NCBI RefSeq assembly: GCF_000143415.4 | Contig: NW_003314351.1 | Location: 650,697-710,542, forward strand | DNA: 59,846 bases | From: Selaginella moellendorffii | Taxonomy: Eukaryota; Plantae; Lycopodiophyta | Direction: 5' to 3' | Program-made: the position numbers and the translations under genes | Shown: positions 37,937 to 51,800 of the stretch, piece after piece | Numbering within the stretch: position 1 is the stretch's first letter | Layout of the letters: each line of letters begins with the position of its first letter | The notes under the pieces: generated by a model | Told to the model about the DNA's origin: nothing | The model's input: the letters and a program-made list of their open reading frames with translations, nothing else | Databases searched by the model: none

Positions 37937-38875
37937 TGTAAGAGACAAATCCTTAAGCCCTAAAGTGGAGCAAAAAGGGTACCATGTGATAGTGGTTAAA
38001 GTGGAAGTTTAACAAGTGTAATATGTTTGGATCTAAGGCTCTGACTTGGAAAGTCAAGAGTGGGAGTGGAACTCCAAATGAAGTGCTTAAGAAAGGAGCA
38101 CGAAGTGATCAGTGGACAAATCTATAGAAAGAGACACAAGGGGGATCAACATATGGCAAATGTTGTAACACATAGAAGTGTTAGTACTGACTATAAAATC
38201 GAGTCCAAGAAGGACTTTGAGATGAAGTCCAAGGAGTTTGAGATGGAGTTCAAGATGGAGTCCAAGATGGAGTTTGAGATGGAGTCTAAGATGGAGTTCA
38301 AGAAGGATTATGAGATGGAGTCTAAGATGGAGTTCAAGAAGGATTATGAGATGGAGCCCAAGAGTGAGTTCAAGATAGAGTCGAGGTCCATTCCGAGATA
38401 GAGACTAAGGCTAGGTCCAAGATCAAGGCCAACACCGAGACTGAGACTAAGACTGAATCCGAGTTCAAGTCTGAGTCTGAATCCGAATACTAATATGGCC
38501 AAGGGGTGAAAGCCCAAAGCAATTATTCTTGAAAAAGGGCTTGCGGGGGGTCTAAAAGTATAGTTGAAGTATAGTGGGGGTTGGACTCTAGTGGAGCCAA
38601 TTTGGCTAAGAAAGACCAGTGTGACCAAGGAAGGCTATACCCATGTGGTGGGTGATGATATAACTATTAAGGAGTCTAAAGCTAGAGCGAATATAGATAG
38701 ACAAGTGGGACTTGATGAAGTGTTCAAGAGCCGGCTCTAGCTCCCCTGGGAGATCAAATGGTTGATGCTCCCAATCCAAGTGTGGGTGGCACTACCTACT
38801 TGGATACTTATTGTGACTCATTGGAACTTCGCTCTAGCCTCATAGTTAAGGCACCCAAAGGCAAAAGGTGAGGAG
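37937..38875 (+). mobile_element. Diverged, truncated family A-like LTR (opposite orientation)
   Basis: Starts tgtaagagacaaatcc; contains decayed gagatggagtcc satellite at ~38200-38480. Confidence 0.7.
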
Positions 38876-38877
38876 AC

Positions 38878-39500
38878 CTCTGATACCAAATGTAGAGCAC
38901 ATGGTTTTGACCCTTTATCTTATGGTGATTTACCATAGGATAACACCACGAAGCAAAACCTAAACCCTCTTTATGCCACATGACACATGCCACGTGTCAT
39001 ATGCCACGTGTCCAAAGGACAGTGGTGCGGAACCCGAGGTTCAGGGCCTTGGGCCATTGAACAAAGGAACGGTGCCAAAACTCCCAAGCATGGAGCCAAG
39101 AAGTGACGGAACCGGACCACGGAGAAACTCTCGAGCATACAGCCCAAGGAGTGAAGGGACGGGAGCCCGGAGCGACTTAAAACAGTCCTAGAGTAACCAG
39201 CATCCTAATGCCAGGACCAGCACGCAAAACGGAGCCAAACAGAGTCTGGTGCTATTTCGGCATACCGGTGGCCTAACGCAAGGACATGGGTACTCCACTA
39301 GCTAGCATGGAATGGAATTTGGGCTTAGACCCAAGCTGGACGCAGAACAAGGACAGGCACGCAAGTGGGAGCTAGACTATGCCTCAGGTTGGTCAGCCAT
39401 GCCCGACCTACCCACTATCCCTACTATACATTTGGAACCCCCCATAGCCCCCCCCCCTTGAGGAACACACGCTTTGGGCTTTCACCCCAAGCCTCCCTTA
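38878..39500 (-). mobile_element. PBS (38878-38888) plus family B LTR from 38891 (far end not resolved)
   Basis: ctctgatacca-aa-TG; homologous to 3356-3560 and 51904-52188; inverted fragment at ~44600-44780. Confidence 0.7.
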
Positions 39501-40060
39501 GTATAGGAGTTAGTCTCTGGGACAAGCTCGAAACTTACTAACTATGGAATGGCGCTAGATTGCAAATTTGGACACGGGACGAACACCATTGTGTTCAGGC
39601 CAATCTCTACATTTCATAGATATGCCAAATGAGAAAATCTGGACACTTTCCATAAATAGCGGGAACTCCTTATTGGGCTAAGTATGCTTAGCTAATAACA
39701 CGTAGGAATTCCGTCCTTATGCTCGTTCGATTTAAGTACACTTGAAATGCCCAGTTAACTCTAGTAGCACGAGAGGGACTGATAAAGGGTCCAGCAATAC
39801 TGACCCTGACATCGTGGCAGTAAGGTAAGAGTGTCTGTATAGCTGATAGGTAACTTTTGATACCCAAAGTCACATTCGCAATAGAAGAGTACCCATGAGC
39901 CTCACGTAAGGCCACGGTGTTTCGAAATGTTGTCTCAAAGTCACCACTTATGTTTGCATCAGAAGGTCCTAGAAGTGGGTCTATCCTTAAGGAGTAATAG
40001 GTTGGGAGGACATGGCTCTCTGCTACAGTTCATATGTGAACTTGTAGGCAATATAGTGGA

Positions 40061-43000
40061 TGTAAGTGCCTAATTTTTCCATTCTACTTTAGTCACTTAA
40101 CCATTAGTCACTTAACCACAACGTCGACCACATGGAGGAGTCTCACTCTCAACCTCCATAAGCCCTATTCTAGACTTGGGGACTTGCTAGCCCCAAGAAT
40201 GGTATTTATGCCACTCAACGTTTGCACTTGGTCCAAGTGCTCCACGTGTCAGATCCCATGACTGACACCCAAAGGTACCATTGACATATCAACTCATTAT
40301 GCTAATGCCATGTTTATTCACCTTTGCCACACTGGTGGTCAACCACCACTTGCATCATAGTCCTATCTCTCAAAGACTAGGCCATCCATTCATGAATGAT
40401 CATCCCAGATCCACAACTTAGCATCCATAGGATGCCAGCAAACATGGCGAATAGCCTTCCCTAATATTCCTTTCTTAGTCCCCACTAAGTCCCTTTCTGT
40501 CCATGGCCGAGTTTGCCAACACTGCTGCTAGATCAAAGCCCACAGGCTTGACCATTATGTCCCATTGAGCTCTAGGACTTGCTGTATGACTGTATCCTTG
40601 GTCACCACACAAGTGGATTGCTCCTCTTTCTTTCCACAGTTTGGGACTTTGGGATGACATTTTGAAACACTATGGCCCTACGTGAGTCTCATGGGTACTT
40701 TTCCCACCATCCACCTTTGGGTGCCCTAGCTAGGTGGCTAGAGTGAGGTTCCAATGAGCCACACTAGGTATCCAAGTAGGTAGTGCCACCCACACTTAGA
40801 CTGAGAGCATTGATCATTCGATCTCCCGGGGGAGCTAGAGTTAGCTTTTGAACACTTCACCAGGCTACCCTGCTTGTTTGTCTGTATTCACTCTAGTCTT
40901 GGACATCCTAGTGGTTATATCACCACCCAACATGTTCATATAGCCTTCTTGGGCCATACTAGCCTTTCTTGCAAAACTTGTTCCAGTAAAGTCCAACTCC
41001 CACACTTGCTTTCACTCAACAGCCTATATTAGTATTTGGACTCAAATGTAGACTCAGACTCGTACTTGGTCTCGGATTTGGACTTGGTCTCAGTCTCAGT
41101 CTTGATCTTGGTTCCATCTTGGGTCCATCTCAAACTCCATCTTGGACTCCATTATAGGTTCATCTCGGACTCTATCTTGGGTCCATCTCAGACTCCACGT
41201 GTCATGTGTTAGTCTGTTTGTGTCCATTTTCTAGAAACTCACTAATTGCTTTCTTTGTGCTCGTTCCTCAAGCCCTTTGTTGGGAGTTCCACTCCCACTC
41301 TTGACTTTTTGAGTCAGAGCTTTTAATCCAAATGTGTTATGCTCATTTGGCTGCTGCCTCGGCCCCTTCCACATGGCATCATTTCGGCTCCACTTTGGGG
41401 CTTAGGGATTTTGTGTCTCACAACTCCACCCATAGATGAAGTTCGATGTCCTCATTAAACGATAAACAAGTTTATAAAGTAACACTAGCATGCATTACCA
41501 TTTCAATCCTTAGCACCAAGCCAATATTTGTCGATGGGTTGACACCCAAGGCTCACTATGCCTTTGATATCCTCTAAGGAGTAACTTAGGGATGAACCTA
41601 CTCAATAACTTAGAGAGTGGTTCTTTAATCTGGATATGCTCACTGTGTAATCCCACATATCAGGATTAATGTCATTACGTATGGGCCTTTTTATGCCCAT
41701 TGCTAACCATGCCAAAATCCTTTTTTGGCTTTGTCCAATTCAAATAGACAGACTTGGATGGCCGACACCCAAATGTACCACCAACATATCAGCCCGTTAT
41801 GCTAAAGCCGTGCCCCTTCACCTTTGTCAAACTGGTGGTCTAACACCACCTACATCACAGTCCCGTCTCTCAAAGACTAGGCCATCCATCTATGACTGAT
41901 TATCCCAGATCCACTCCTTAGCATCCTTAAGATGCCTCCAGACATGGGGAACAACCTTTCCTAATATCCTGTTTTTGGTCCCCATCAAGTCCCTTTCTGT
42001 CCATGGCTGTGTTTGCTAACATTGCCACTGGGTCAAGGCTCATAGGCCTAACCACTAAGTCCCACTATCCTCTGAGAGTTCTTCACCATGTGACTGTATC
42101 CTTGTTCACTACACCAGAGGATTTCTCCTCTTCCTTTTCATACTCTGAGATATTGGGACAACATTTTAGAACACCATGGCCCTATGCGAGCCTCATGGGT
42201 ACTCTCCCCACCTTCCGCCTTTGGGTGCTCTAGCCATAAGCTTAGAGCAAGGTTCCATTGAGCCACGCCAGGTATCCAAGTAAGTAGTGCCACCCATGCT
42301 TGGACTAGGAGCATCGACCATTCGATTTCCCAAAGGACCTAGAGCCAACTCTTGAACACTTCACCAAGCTACCTCACTTGTTAGTCCGTATTCACTCTAG
42401 CCTTAGACTCCTCAATGGATATATCATCACAACATGTGACCATAGCCTTCCTGGGTCACACTGGCCTTTCCTGGACAAACTAGCTCCACTGGGTCCAACC
42501 TCCACACTTTTCCCCCCCCCTAGGGGTTGATTGATTTGGGATTTCACTCAACAGCTTGTCTTAATATTCGGACTCAAACTTGGACTCGGACTCGGACTCG
42601 AACTCGGACTCAGTCTCGGTCTTGGTCTCTTGGTCTCGGTCTCGGTCTTGGTCTCAGTCTTGGTCTTGGTTTTGGTCTCAGTCTCTTGGTCTCGGTCTTA
42701 GTCTTGGTCTCAATTCCATTTCAGACTCCATCTCAAACTTCATCTATCTTGGACTCCATCTCAGGTCCATATCGGTCTCAATTCCATCTTGGACTCCATC
42801 TCGGATTCCATTTCAAACTCCATCTCAGGTCCATCTCAGACTCCATCTCGGGTCCATCTCAAACTCCATCTTGGGTCCATCTTAGATCTATATCAGACTC
42901 CATCTTGGGTCCATCTTGAACTCCATCTTGGGTCCATCTTGGACTCCATATGTCATTTGTTGGTCCTCTTGTGTCCCTTTTCTAGAGACTCACTAATTGC

Positions 43001-43173
43001 TCACTTTGTGCTCGTTCCTCGAGCCCTTTATTGGGAGTTTCACTCCGACTCTTGACTTTTAAAGTTGAAACTTTTAGTCCAAATGTGTTACGCTCATTTC
43101 GTTTCCACCTTAGCCTCTTCCATATGGCACCCTTCTGGCTCCATTTTAGGGCTTAGGGAGTTTGTGTTTCACA
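40061..43173 (-). mobile_element. Internally deleted family A element (LTR 40061-41422, PPT, short internal piece, partial LTR ~41761-43173)
   Basis: TGTAAG start, two A-type ...CACA LTR ends, and the PPT-side sequence actccacccatag after the first LTR as at 54051. Confidence 0.8.
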
Positions 43174-43972
43174 TAGAAATGGGCTAATAAGGGAATGATT
43201 TTGGGATCTTGGGAATAATATAAGGTTTTCCTTAGAGAGTTGAGGATATGATTTGAATAAGCATTTGACTTAGTAAATTGGCTAATGTAGTTGTGGTAAA
43301 CAACTATACTTGGGATCAAAGGAAAGATAGAGACTCCAAAACAATAAAGGAGTCGCAAGATTATCCTCATATAGTTGAGGTTGGTACTCATGAATTTGAT
43401 ACCAAAATTAATGACCATAGGAGGTCAAATACGGATGAGGACACGAGTGTTCCGAATATGACTTTAGGTATCAAAAGTTACTTGTCAGCTAGTTCTTTTG
43501 GGTATTCTTTCCTTACTGCCATGACAGCAGAAGGTCGGTATTGTTAGACCTGTTATCAGTTTCCACTTGAGCTAGTTGAGAAACTGGTCAATAGCTGTGA
43601 ATTTAAATCAGATAAACATAAGGTAGGAACCCTATGTGTTTCTTGCTGAGCATATTTGGCCTGGTTTGAAAAACTCCTATCATTAGCTTGGACTTACTAG
43701 TATCAAGAACCCCTATAATATTGAGCTTGGTCCCTCAATATTTGTTAAATGATAGCTTACCATGTTTGCAAAACACCCTCACTATCATGCCTTTTGTGTT
43801 AGTCTCATTCCGGTCCCAAATGTTATTTATAGAAAGTATCTAGATTTGCTCATTTGGTATATTCATGGAATGTAGAAATTGTTCTGAACACAATGGTGTT
43901 CATCCCATGTCCAAATTTACAATCTAGAGACATTCTATATATAATATGTTTCGAGCTTATTTTAGAGACTAT

Positions 43973-44575
43973 TGTAAGCAACCAAAGGGAACGACTCGAG
44001 AGATGATCCATAGGGTTCAAATATAGAGGGAAAGGGCCCATGAACAAGAGTGCACCCCCTTTTTCAATCGGTTAAGGGTCTTGGGATATTTGGGGTTAAG
44101 CTTCCTTGGGTTTGAATAATGTTAGGCTGGGAATAGTATTAGACCTCCCGGGAAGTCCAAATTTAGGAGTTTACATTTGGTATCAAAACGAGTCTCGAGT
44201 CCGACTCTATTTGTTGGCTAAGGGAATCACACCACATGTTGATTGACATTTGGCTGGTCTAGTTTGCTCCCGCTGGGCTCGACCCGAGGGGTAGGGTGTC
44301 AAGAGAGTAGGGCTCTCGGGAGAGTTGTGGCTCTCAGCTTCCATTCATGAGGGCGTGAATTTGCAGGGAAGCGTGGTAGATTGTAAGCAACCAAAGGGAA
44401 CGACTCGAGAGATGATCCATAGGGTTCAAATATAGAGGGACAGGGCCCATGAACAAAAGTGCACCTCTTTTTCCAATCGGTTAAGGGTCTTGGGATATTT
44501 AGGGTTAAGCGTCCTTGGGTTTGAATGGTACTAGACTGGGTGACCTCCCAGGAAGTCCAAACTCAAGAGCTTACA
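43973..44575 (+). mobile_element. Cassandra-type TRIM carrying 5S rRNA-derived sequence in its LTRs
   Basis: LTRs 43973-44175 and 44382-44575 (TG..CA), PBS TGGTATCA at 44178, ~200-bp non-coding interior with purine tract, imperfect TSD ACTAT/ACTAG. Confidence 0.88.
44504..44558 (+). promoter_or_regulatory. 5S rRNA internal control region (A box to C box) within the TRIM LTR; degenerate copy at 44095-44158
   Basis: GTTAAGCGTCCTTGGGTTTGAATGGTACTAGACTGGGTGACCTCCCAGGAAGTCC versus plant 5S GTTAAGCGTGCTTGGGCGAGAGTAGTACTAGGATGGGTGACCTCCTGGGAAGTCC. Confidence 0.85.
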
Positions 44576-44789
44576 ACTAGCTCCTACTACAAAGGGTGGC
44601 TAAGGGTGTCTTTGTTTTCCATCCGGCTTGGGTCTAAACCCAAGTTCCACACTATGCTAGCTGGTGGAGTTCCCATATCCTTGCATTAGGCCACTAGTAT
44701 ACTGAAATAGCACTAGATTATATTTGGCTCTGTTTTAGGTGCTAGTTTTGGCATTAGGATGCTGGATACTCTAGGACTGTTCTAGGACC

Positions 44790-47700
44790 TTATGGGTCTG
44801 TGGATTAACCAAGTCCAAAACTGCTAGATGACTCAAGTAGAGTCAAGAGATGGTCCTAAAAGAATTGATGGAAGCATTTGGACTGAGGTGTGTGGTACCC
44901 CACGAAGGATGGGGGGGGGGATCATAGGATCCAAGGATGAGAACAGAGGGTATCTCATCGATGGCAAAATGTGCCATGCTAAAGTCGTGGGAAAGGTGTT
45001 CCCAAAAGGAAAACAACTTTGACACAAAGTTGTGTGTGACCTCTATGGTGTAGTGCTAACGGATGGTTGGCATGAGAAAGAGTGGCATTGGTCTTGGCAA
45101 AGACTTAGACACAAAGAAGAAGTGTCATAGAGGTAGGCTCGTGGAGCCGATGGTGTGGAGACACCAAATGTGCCAAGGTGTGATACCTTGAGGCTATGTT
45201 GGTGGGTTCATGAGAACCCCTTGCCAAAGGAATCCCAAGGGAAATGGGAATGGCATAGCCTAAGCTGCAAAGCATGCAGTTGGAGTGCGGTGACCCAGAT
45301 AATGATGGAGGTGTGAAAGCACCAAGCAATGAGTTGTAGGACTTGACAACTATGAGGCAACTAAGCAAGAGGTGCAAAATAACTGGTTAAACGGGTAGAA
45401 GGTAGCTCCCCAAGACTTCTAGCATAGGGAAGTCGGATATACCCTTACGGGGGATAAGTTGCTTATGTTGCGATATAGTAAGTCAATGTCATAAAAGGAA
45501 ATACTCATTGTCAAGGGAGCCATCATTGGGACACCCAAACACTATAGAACACTAGGAGGTGGTGTTTGATGTCGCGAGAGTAATAAATAAGGCCCAAGGG
45601 ACTAAGTCCCTAGCGAATGATGGATAGAAGGTGCTATCCAAATGTCCAAGGTTGCGGAGACAGGAGAGGACTGTCTACCCAAGTTGGGCAAAGCCAAAAA
45701 TGGAATTTTGGCAAGGCTAGTGATGGGCATGTAAAGGCCTATAAGCAACAATGTAATTCCAGTGTGTGGGATTATAAGGTGAGCATACCCGGATTGAGGA
45801 ACCACTCCCTGGGCTATTGGGTAGGTTCATCCCTAAGAATATTTGCTAAGGCATGATAGAAAGTGCAAAGCTATCCTCTTGGTCTGGAGGAGAATGACCG
45901 AAGGAAAGGTGTGAAGCCAAAAAGCAAGAAGTAAGGGGATAGAACCGAACCGTAGGAATCAAAGGGCATAACCAAGGTGGGTTATGCCAGCTGGGAGTGG
46001 AGAATCAAATGGGGGCTCGAGGGTGTTGCCGCTAGCAATCGTGATGCCATGAGAGTCTAAAATATGGAATTGTCCATGTTAGACTATGTGGCATTTGGAA
46101 GGCTTGCAAAAAGGGAGGCCTTAGCAAGCTGAGGGACAGAGTTCCTTCAAGGTTCCCAAAGACGATTCTAGGTAGCTTAGTACCTAGAAAGGCGAAGTGT
46201 AAATGGTTCATGGAATGCGCGAAATCAGAGTGGCGCAGCAAAAGCGTGGTCTTGAAACTTGCCATGAGGCAAGGCTATCAAGGTTAGGGAAGTAGTTCCC
46301 GAGTGTTCAAAGAGAGGGCTTTGAACGAAAGTCGATGGTCAAGGACTTTCACGCTTATGCAGGAACCACGTTACAGTGGTCGGAGGACTTGCCAAGCGAG
46401 ATTGGCACGTCGGGGGAACAAATACCCTAGTTGAAGGTGATAACTTCAAAAAGGGTGGGCCATGGGGCCGAGCATGGAGGAGTCCATGCATGATCACAGA
46501 CATGTCAAGTGAGAGGACTTGGCAGTGTGGAGGAACTAGGTTCCTAAACTGTGATCTGTAGCGCGCTTTAAAAATAAGTTGGTGCACCGGCGTGGGGAGT
46601 CACGCCAGGCATCTTGTGTGATGCCGTCCGTAGATGCATATACAGAGGTTGGGTTCGAGTCCCGACCCTCTAGTGCTTGGGTTCGAGTCCCAAATCACTA
46701 GGGCGTGGTGATGGTTTGGAATATGGGGACACTCATATTTTGGTGGTCATGGACTCTCAGTGGGGAGACTGGTTTGGTGGGGAGACTGGTGAGCCTTCAA
46801 TGTCAGACCATTGACAAATATTGGCTAGGTGCCAAGGAGGGAAATGGTAACACATGCGAGTGTTACTTTACAAAATGGTTTACCGTTCGATGAGGACATC
46901 GAACTTCGTCTATGGGTGGTGGAGTTGTGAGACACAAAATCCCTAGGCCCCAAAGTGGAGCTGGAAGGGTGCCACGTGGTAGTGGCCGAAGCGAGAGCCA
47001 AACGAGCGTAACACGTTTGGACCAAAAGCTCCGACTTGAAAAGTCAAGAGCGGGAGTGGAACTCCCAACGAAGTGCTCGAGGAACGAGCACGAAGCGAGC
47101 AAAAAGCGAGGCTCCAAAAAGGGACCCAAAAAGGACCAACACATGACACGTGGAAGTGTCCGAGATGGACTCGAGTTGGAGTCCGAAGTGGAGTCCGAGA
47201 TGGACTCGAGTTGGAGTCCGAAGTGGAGTCCGAGATGGACCCGAGTTGGAGTCCGAAGTGGAGTCCGAGATGGAGTCCGAAGTGGAGTCCGAGATGGAGT
47301 CCGAGATGGACCCGAGATGGACCCGAGATCGAGTCCGAGATGGACCCGAGATGGACCCGAGATCGAGTCCGAGATGGACCCGAGATAGAGTCCGAGATGG
47401 ACCGAGACGGAGTCCGATATGGAGTCCGAGATGGAGTCCGAGATGGAGTCCGAGATTGAGTCCGAGATGGACCCGAGATGGAGTTCGAGATTGAGTCCGA
47501 GATGGACCCGAGATGGAGTCCGAGATGGAGTTCGAGATCGAGTCCGAGATGGACCCGAGATGGAGTCCGAGATGGACCCGAGATGGAGTCCGAGATGGAC
47601 CCGAGATGGAGTCTGAGATGGAGTCCAAGATGGATCCAAGATGGAGTCCGAGATGGACCCGAGACCGAGACCGAGACCGAGGCCGAAGCCGAGACCGAGA

Positions 47701-48814
47701 CCGAGTCCGAGTCCGATACCGGGACCGAGACCGAGTCCGAGTCCGAGTTCAAGCCCGAGTCCGAGTCCGAATACTAATACAGGCAGTTGGGTGAAAGCCC
47801 AAAGCGATCGTCCCCCAGGGGGGGGGGGGGCTGCAGGGGGTTCCAAAAGTATAGTAGGGAGAGTGTGGGGGTTGGAGCCCAGTGGAGCCAGTTGGGCCAG
47901 GAAGGGCCAGTTTGGCCCAGGAAGGACTAGTTTGGTCCAGGAAGGCCATACCCAGTGTTGGGTGATGAGCTGACCACTGGGAAGTCCAAGACTAGAGTGA
48001 ATACGGACCGACAAGCGGGGTAGCTTAGTGAAGTGTTCAAGAGCCGGCTTTAGTTCCCCCGGGAGATCGACTGGCCGATGCTCCCAGTCCAAGTGTGGGT
48101 GGCACTACCTACTTGGATACCTGGTGTGGCTGAACAGAACCCGCTCTAAGCCCATGGCTAGAGCACCCAAGGGCAGAAGGCGAGGAGAGTACCCAGGTGG
48201 CTCGCGTAAGGCCACGGTGTTCCGAAATGTTGTCCCAAAGGCCCAGACTGTGGAAAGAAAGAGGAGCAGTCCTCTGGGGTAGTGACCAAGGACACAGTCG
48301 CGTGGTGAGGAAGTCCCAGAGGACCGTGGGACTCAGTGGTCGGGCCTGTGAGTCTCGATCCAGTGGCAGTGTTGGCAAACACGGCCAGGGGCAGAAAGGG
48401 ATCTAGTGGGGACTGACAGAGGGATATTGGGGAAGGCTATTCCCCTTGTCGGTGGGCATCCTAAGGATGCTAAGGAGTGGATCTGAGATGACCACTCACG
48501 GATGGTTTGCCTAGTCTTGGGGAGCCAAGACGGTGATGCAAGTGGTATTGGACTACTAGTGTGGCAAAGGTGATTGGGCATGGCCTTAGCGTAACGGGCT
48601 GCTATGTCGGTGATACCTTTGAGTGTCGGTCATGGGATCGGACACGTGGAGCACTTGGACCAAGTGCAAATGTTGAGTGGCATGGATGCCATTCTCGGGG
48701 CTAGCAAGTCCCAAGTCCTAGATTGGACTTATGGAGGTTGTGAATGAGACTCCTCCAAGTGGTCGGAGGTGTGGTTAAGTGACTAAAGTAGAATGGAAAA
48801 TTTAGTCGCTTACA
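44790..48814 (+). mobile_element. 5'-truncated family A element (internal region, PPT, 3' LTR 46926-48814)
   Basis: Inverted homolog of 52189-57460 with an internal deletion. PPT atgggtggtggagt precedes TGTGAGACAC; the LTR ends GCTTACA. Confidence 0.9.
47161..47770. repeat. LTR-internal satellite (CGAGATGGAGTC / CGAGATGGACC units, then 6-bp CCGAGA/CCGAGT units)
   Basis: Directly visible tandem array. Confidence 0.95.
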
Positions 48815-51800
48815 GAGTTATTCCATGTACCATGGGTAAAAGTAAACCTCTCTTGGGTTTGCTATGAGTGGCAAATAGGCTGGTCCGTAACTATTTAGCA
48901 CAACACTAGTGGATCCTTCTTAGGTATGATTACAAGTGGATCAATTAAGACTGTAGGGATTAATCTATTGATTCAAATAGTCATTGCCGTGCTCTTTCAT
49001 AAATTTTTTTTGGATTACACTAAAAGTAATGCTAACACAAGCTTGAGGTTTAGTCAAAGATAAGACCGAAAAGAGAGTTGTTAGGGATGAAGGATCAAAC
49101 ATGTAAATCATCCTCTCTTCTTGCAAATATAATTTGTAACGAGATTTGACTCATTGCCCATGGTCACATTATACAATCAAGAATCCTTATCTTGATGCAT
49201 GTTGGTTATGATGGTCTTAGAAGTGGTGAATAGCAGTGGAGCACTATACCATTTTCTTTAGATTTACTATTGAAGACTTGGGTTACAATGTTTAATTCTT
49301 TTTTGGAGAATGTTCGCATAGAACTTCGACATTTCCAGCAAGGGAAAATTATGCTTGCGGACTATATTGAGAAGATTGAGCAAAAAATCCAAGGCAAGAA
49401 CCATGGTATAGTAAAAAAACACCCTCGAGAAGTTAGAAAAGAAACTATGAAAGTAAAAGTGAAAAAAAGGAAGTAAAGGAAAAAAAGAGAAGAGGAACAC
49501 CTCACTAGATGAAGTGTTTGAGGTGAAAGTGGTTGTGAGGATGTGGAAGTTCACATTTATCAGCATTTGCTAGCATGTATGCTTTGCCTCCAATGTGTTG
49601 CTGGACGAAGTAAGGGCCAGTCTAACAAGGAGAGAACTTTGAAGTTGGTGTGAACTCCTTGAATAGAATGAGGTTGCCATCCTCAAATAGTTTAGCTGAC
49701 TACTAGTGATTGATGACTAACTTAATCTTTTGCATGCCTCTAATGAGATGTTTAGCTATGGCTTGTCACTGTTCTTCCAAGGCGAGAACCTCCAAGTCAC
49801 ATACATGAAGTTTCTCCTCATCATTAATTTGCATCTGTGTTGTATATTGAAGTTAATGGGGTGGAGACCAAATGTCTTAAGGGATGAGGCCTTGAAGTCA
49901 AGTTAGCTAGTTCACAAGAACCTTTGCCAAAGGAATCTCAATAGAAACAGGATTGGCATAGCCTAAGTTAGAAGGCATGCAATTTGAGTGTGTGGACCCA
50001 AATAATGATGGAGGTGTGGAATCACCAGCAATGAGTTGTGGAATTTGACAACTATGAGGCAACTAAGCAAAATATATGGCATAATTAATTGGGTTGGTAG
50101 AAGTTAACTTCCTAAGACTTTTTATTGGGATAAGAAGGTTAAATATATTTCATGGGGGGATAAATTACATATGTTGCGATATAGTAAGTCAATGTCATAA
50201 AGAGAAATGCTCATTGTCAAAAAAGGCCATCATTGGGACACTTAAACACTCTAAAACACCAGGAATTGGTGTTTAATTACATGAAGGTTTTAGATAAAGC
50301 CCAAGGGACTAAGTCCCTAGTGAATAATGGATAGAAGGTGTTATCAATATCTAAGATTGTGGAGATGGGAAAAATCTGTCTATCCAAATTAGACAAAGCC
50401 AAAAGGTATTTTGATATGGCTAGCAATGGGTATAAAGATGCCCATGTAGAGCGACATTAATTTTAGTGTGTAGTATTACAAGGTGAGCATGTCCAAATTG
50501 AGCAACCACTCCCTAAGCTAACGGGTAAATTCATCTCTAAGAATACTTACTAAGGCATAGTAGAAAGTGCAAAGCTATCCTTTTAATCTAGAGGAGAATA
50601 ACCAAAGGAAACATGTGATAGCAAAAACAAATAGTAAAAGGATAGAATTAAACTATAGAAATCGAAGGGTATAACCAAGGATAGTTATGCAAGTTGGGAG
50701 TGGAGAATTAATAGGTGCTTGAAGGTGTTGTTACTAGCAACTGTGATACCATAGAGAGTCTAAAGTATGGAATTGTCCATATTAAACCATATAATAATTA
50801 AAAGATTTGCAAAAGGAGATGCTTTAGCAAGCTAAGGGATAAAGTCCCTTCAAGATTCCTAAAGACAATTCTAGGTAGGTTAGTTCATAGAAAGACAAGT
50901 GTAAATGGTTCAAAAAATGTGCGAAATTAAAGTGGTGCAATAGAAGTGTGGTCTTGAAGCTTGTTATGAGGTGACGCTATCAAGGTTGGGAGATAATCCT
51001 TGAGGATTTAAAGAGATAGCTTTGAACGAAAGTCGATGGTTAAGGATGTACTTATGCTTGAATCCATATTGCGCTAGTCGGGTGGCTTGCTAAGCGCGAT
51101 TTGCAAGTCGAGGGAACAAAGACCCTAGCTGAAGGTGTTGACTTCAAAAGGGGTGGCCCATGAGGCCAAGCATGGAGGAATCCATGCATGATTACAAACT
51201 TGCCAATTGAGATCACATGGTAGTTCGGAAGAACTAGGTTTTTAAATTGTGATCTATAGCACACTTTGGGTATAAATTGGTGCACCGGCATAGAGAATAA
51301 CACCAAGCATCTTGGGTGATGCTGCCCGTAGATGCATCTGCGAAGGTTGGGTTTGAGTCCTAACCCTTTAGTGCTTGCGTTCGAGTCCCAACTCACTAGG
51401 GTATAGTGATGGTTTGGAATATAAGGACACTCATTTTGTGGTAGTCATGGACTCTCAGTAAGGAGACTGGCTTAGGCACACTGCCAAGTGGGGGATGCCT
51501 CGGAGTCGTAATGCACAGTTAAATTTCTTAATGTGAAATTTCTATATATTTAACTTGAACATTTTCATGCAAATGACACCAAGGATGTGGTGAATGAAAT
51601 CGGGACACCTAGTCTCAGTTAATATGGACCCTTGGCCGAAAGGGCTGGCTTGGGTGCACTGCCAAGTGTTGTGGATGCCCCTGGGGTCATAGTCAACAAT
51701 TTAAAAATCTAGAAGACCTAGTACCCATTGGTAAACCTATTAAGGTGTCAAGGAGTTAAGATGTCAAGGTGATCTTGTTTCTAACTAAGTAAGAGGTCCA

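Noticed and set aside
44504-44558. Bona fide 5S rRNA gene
   Set aside because: Only ~55 of ~120 nt are present, both ends are missing, and it is duplicated as part of TRIM LTRs.
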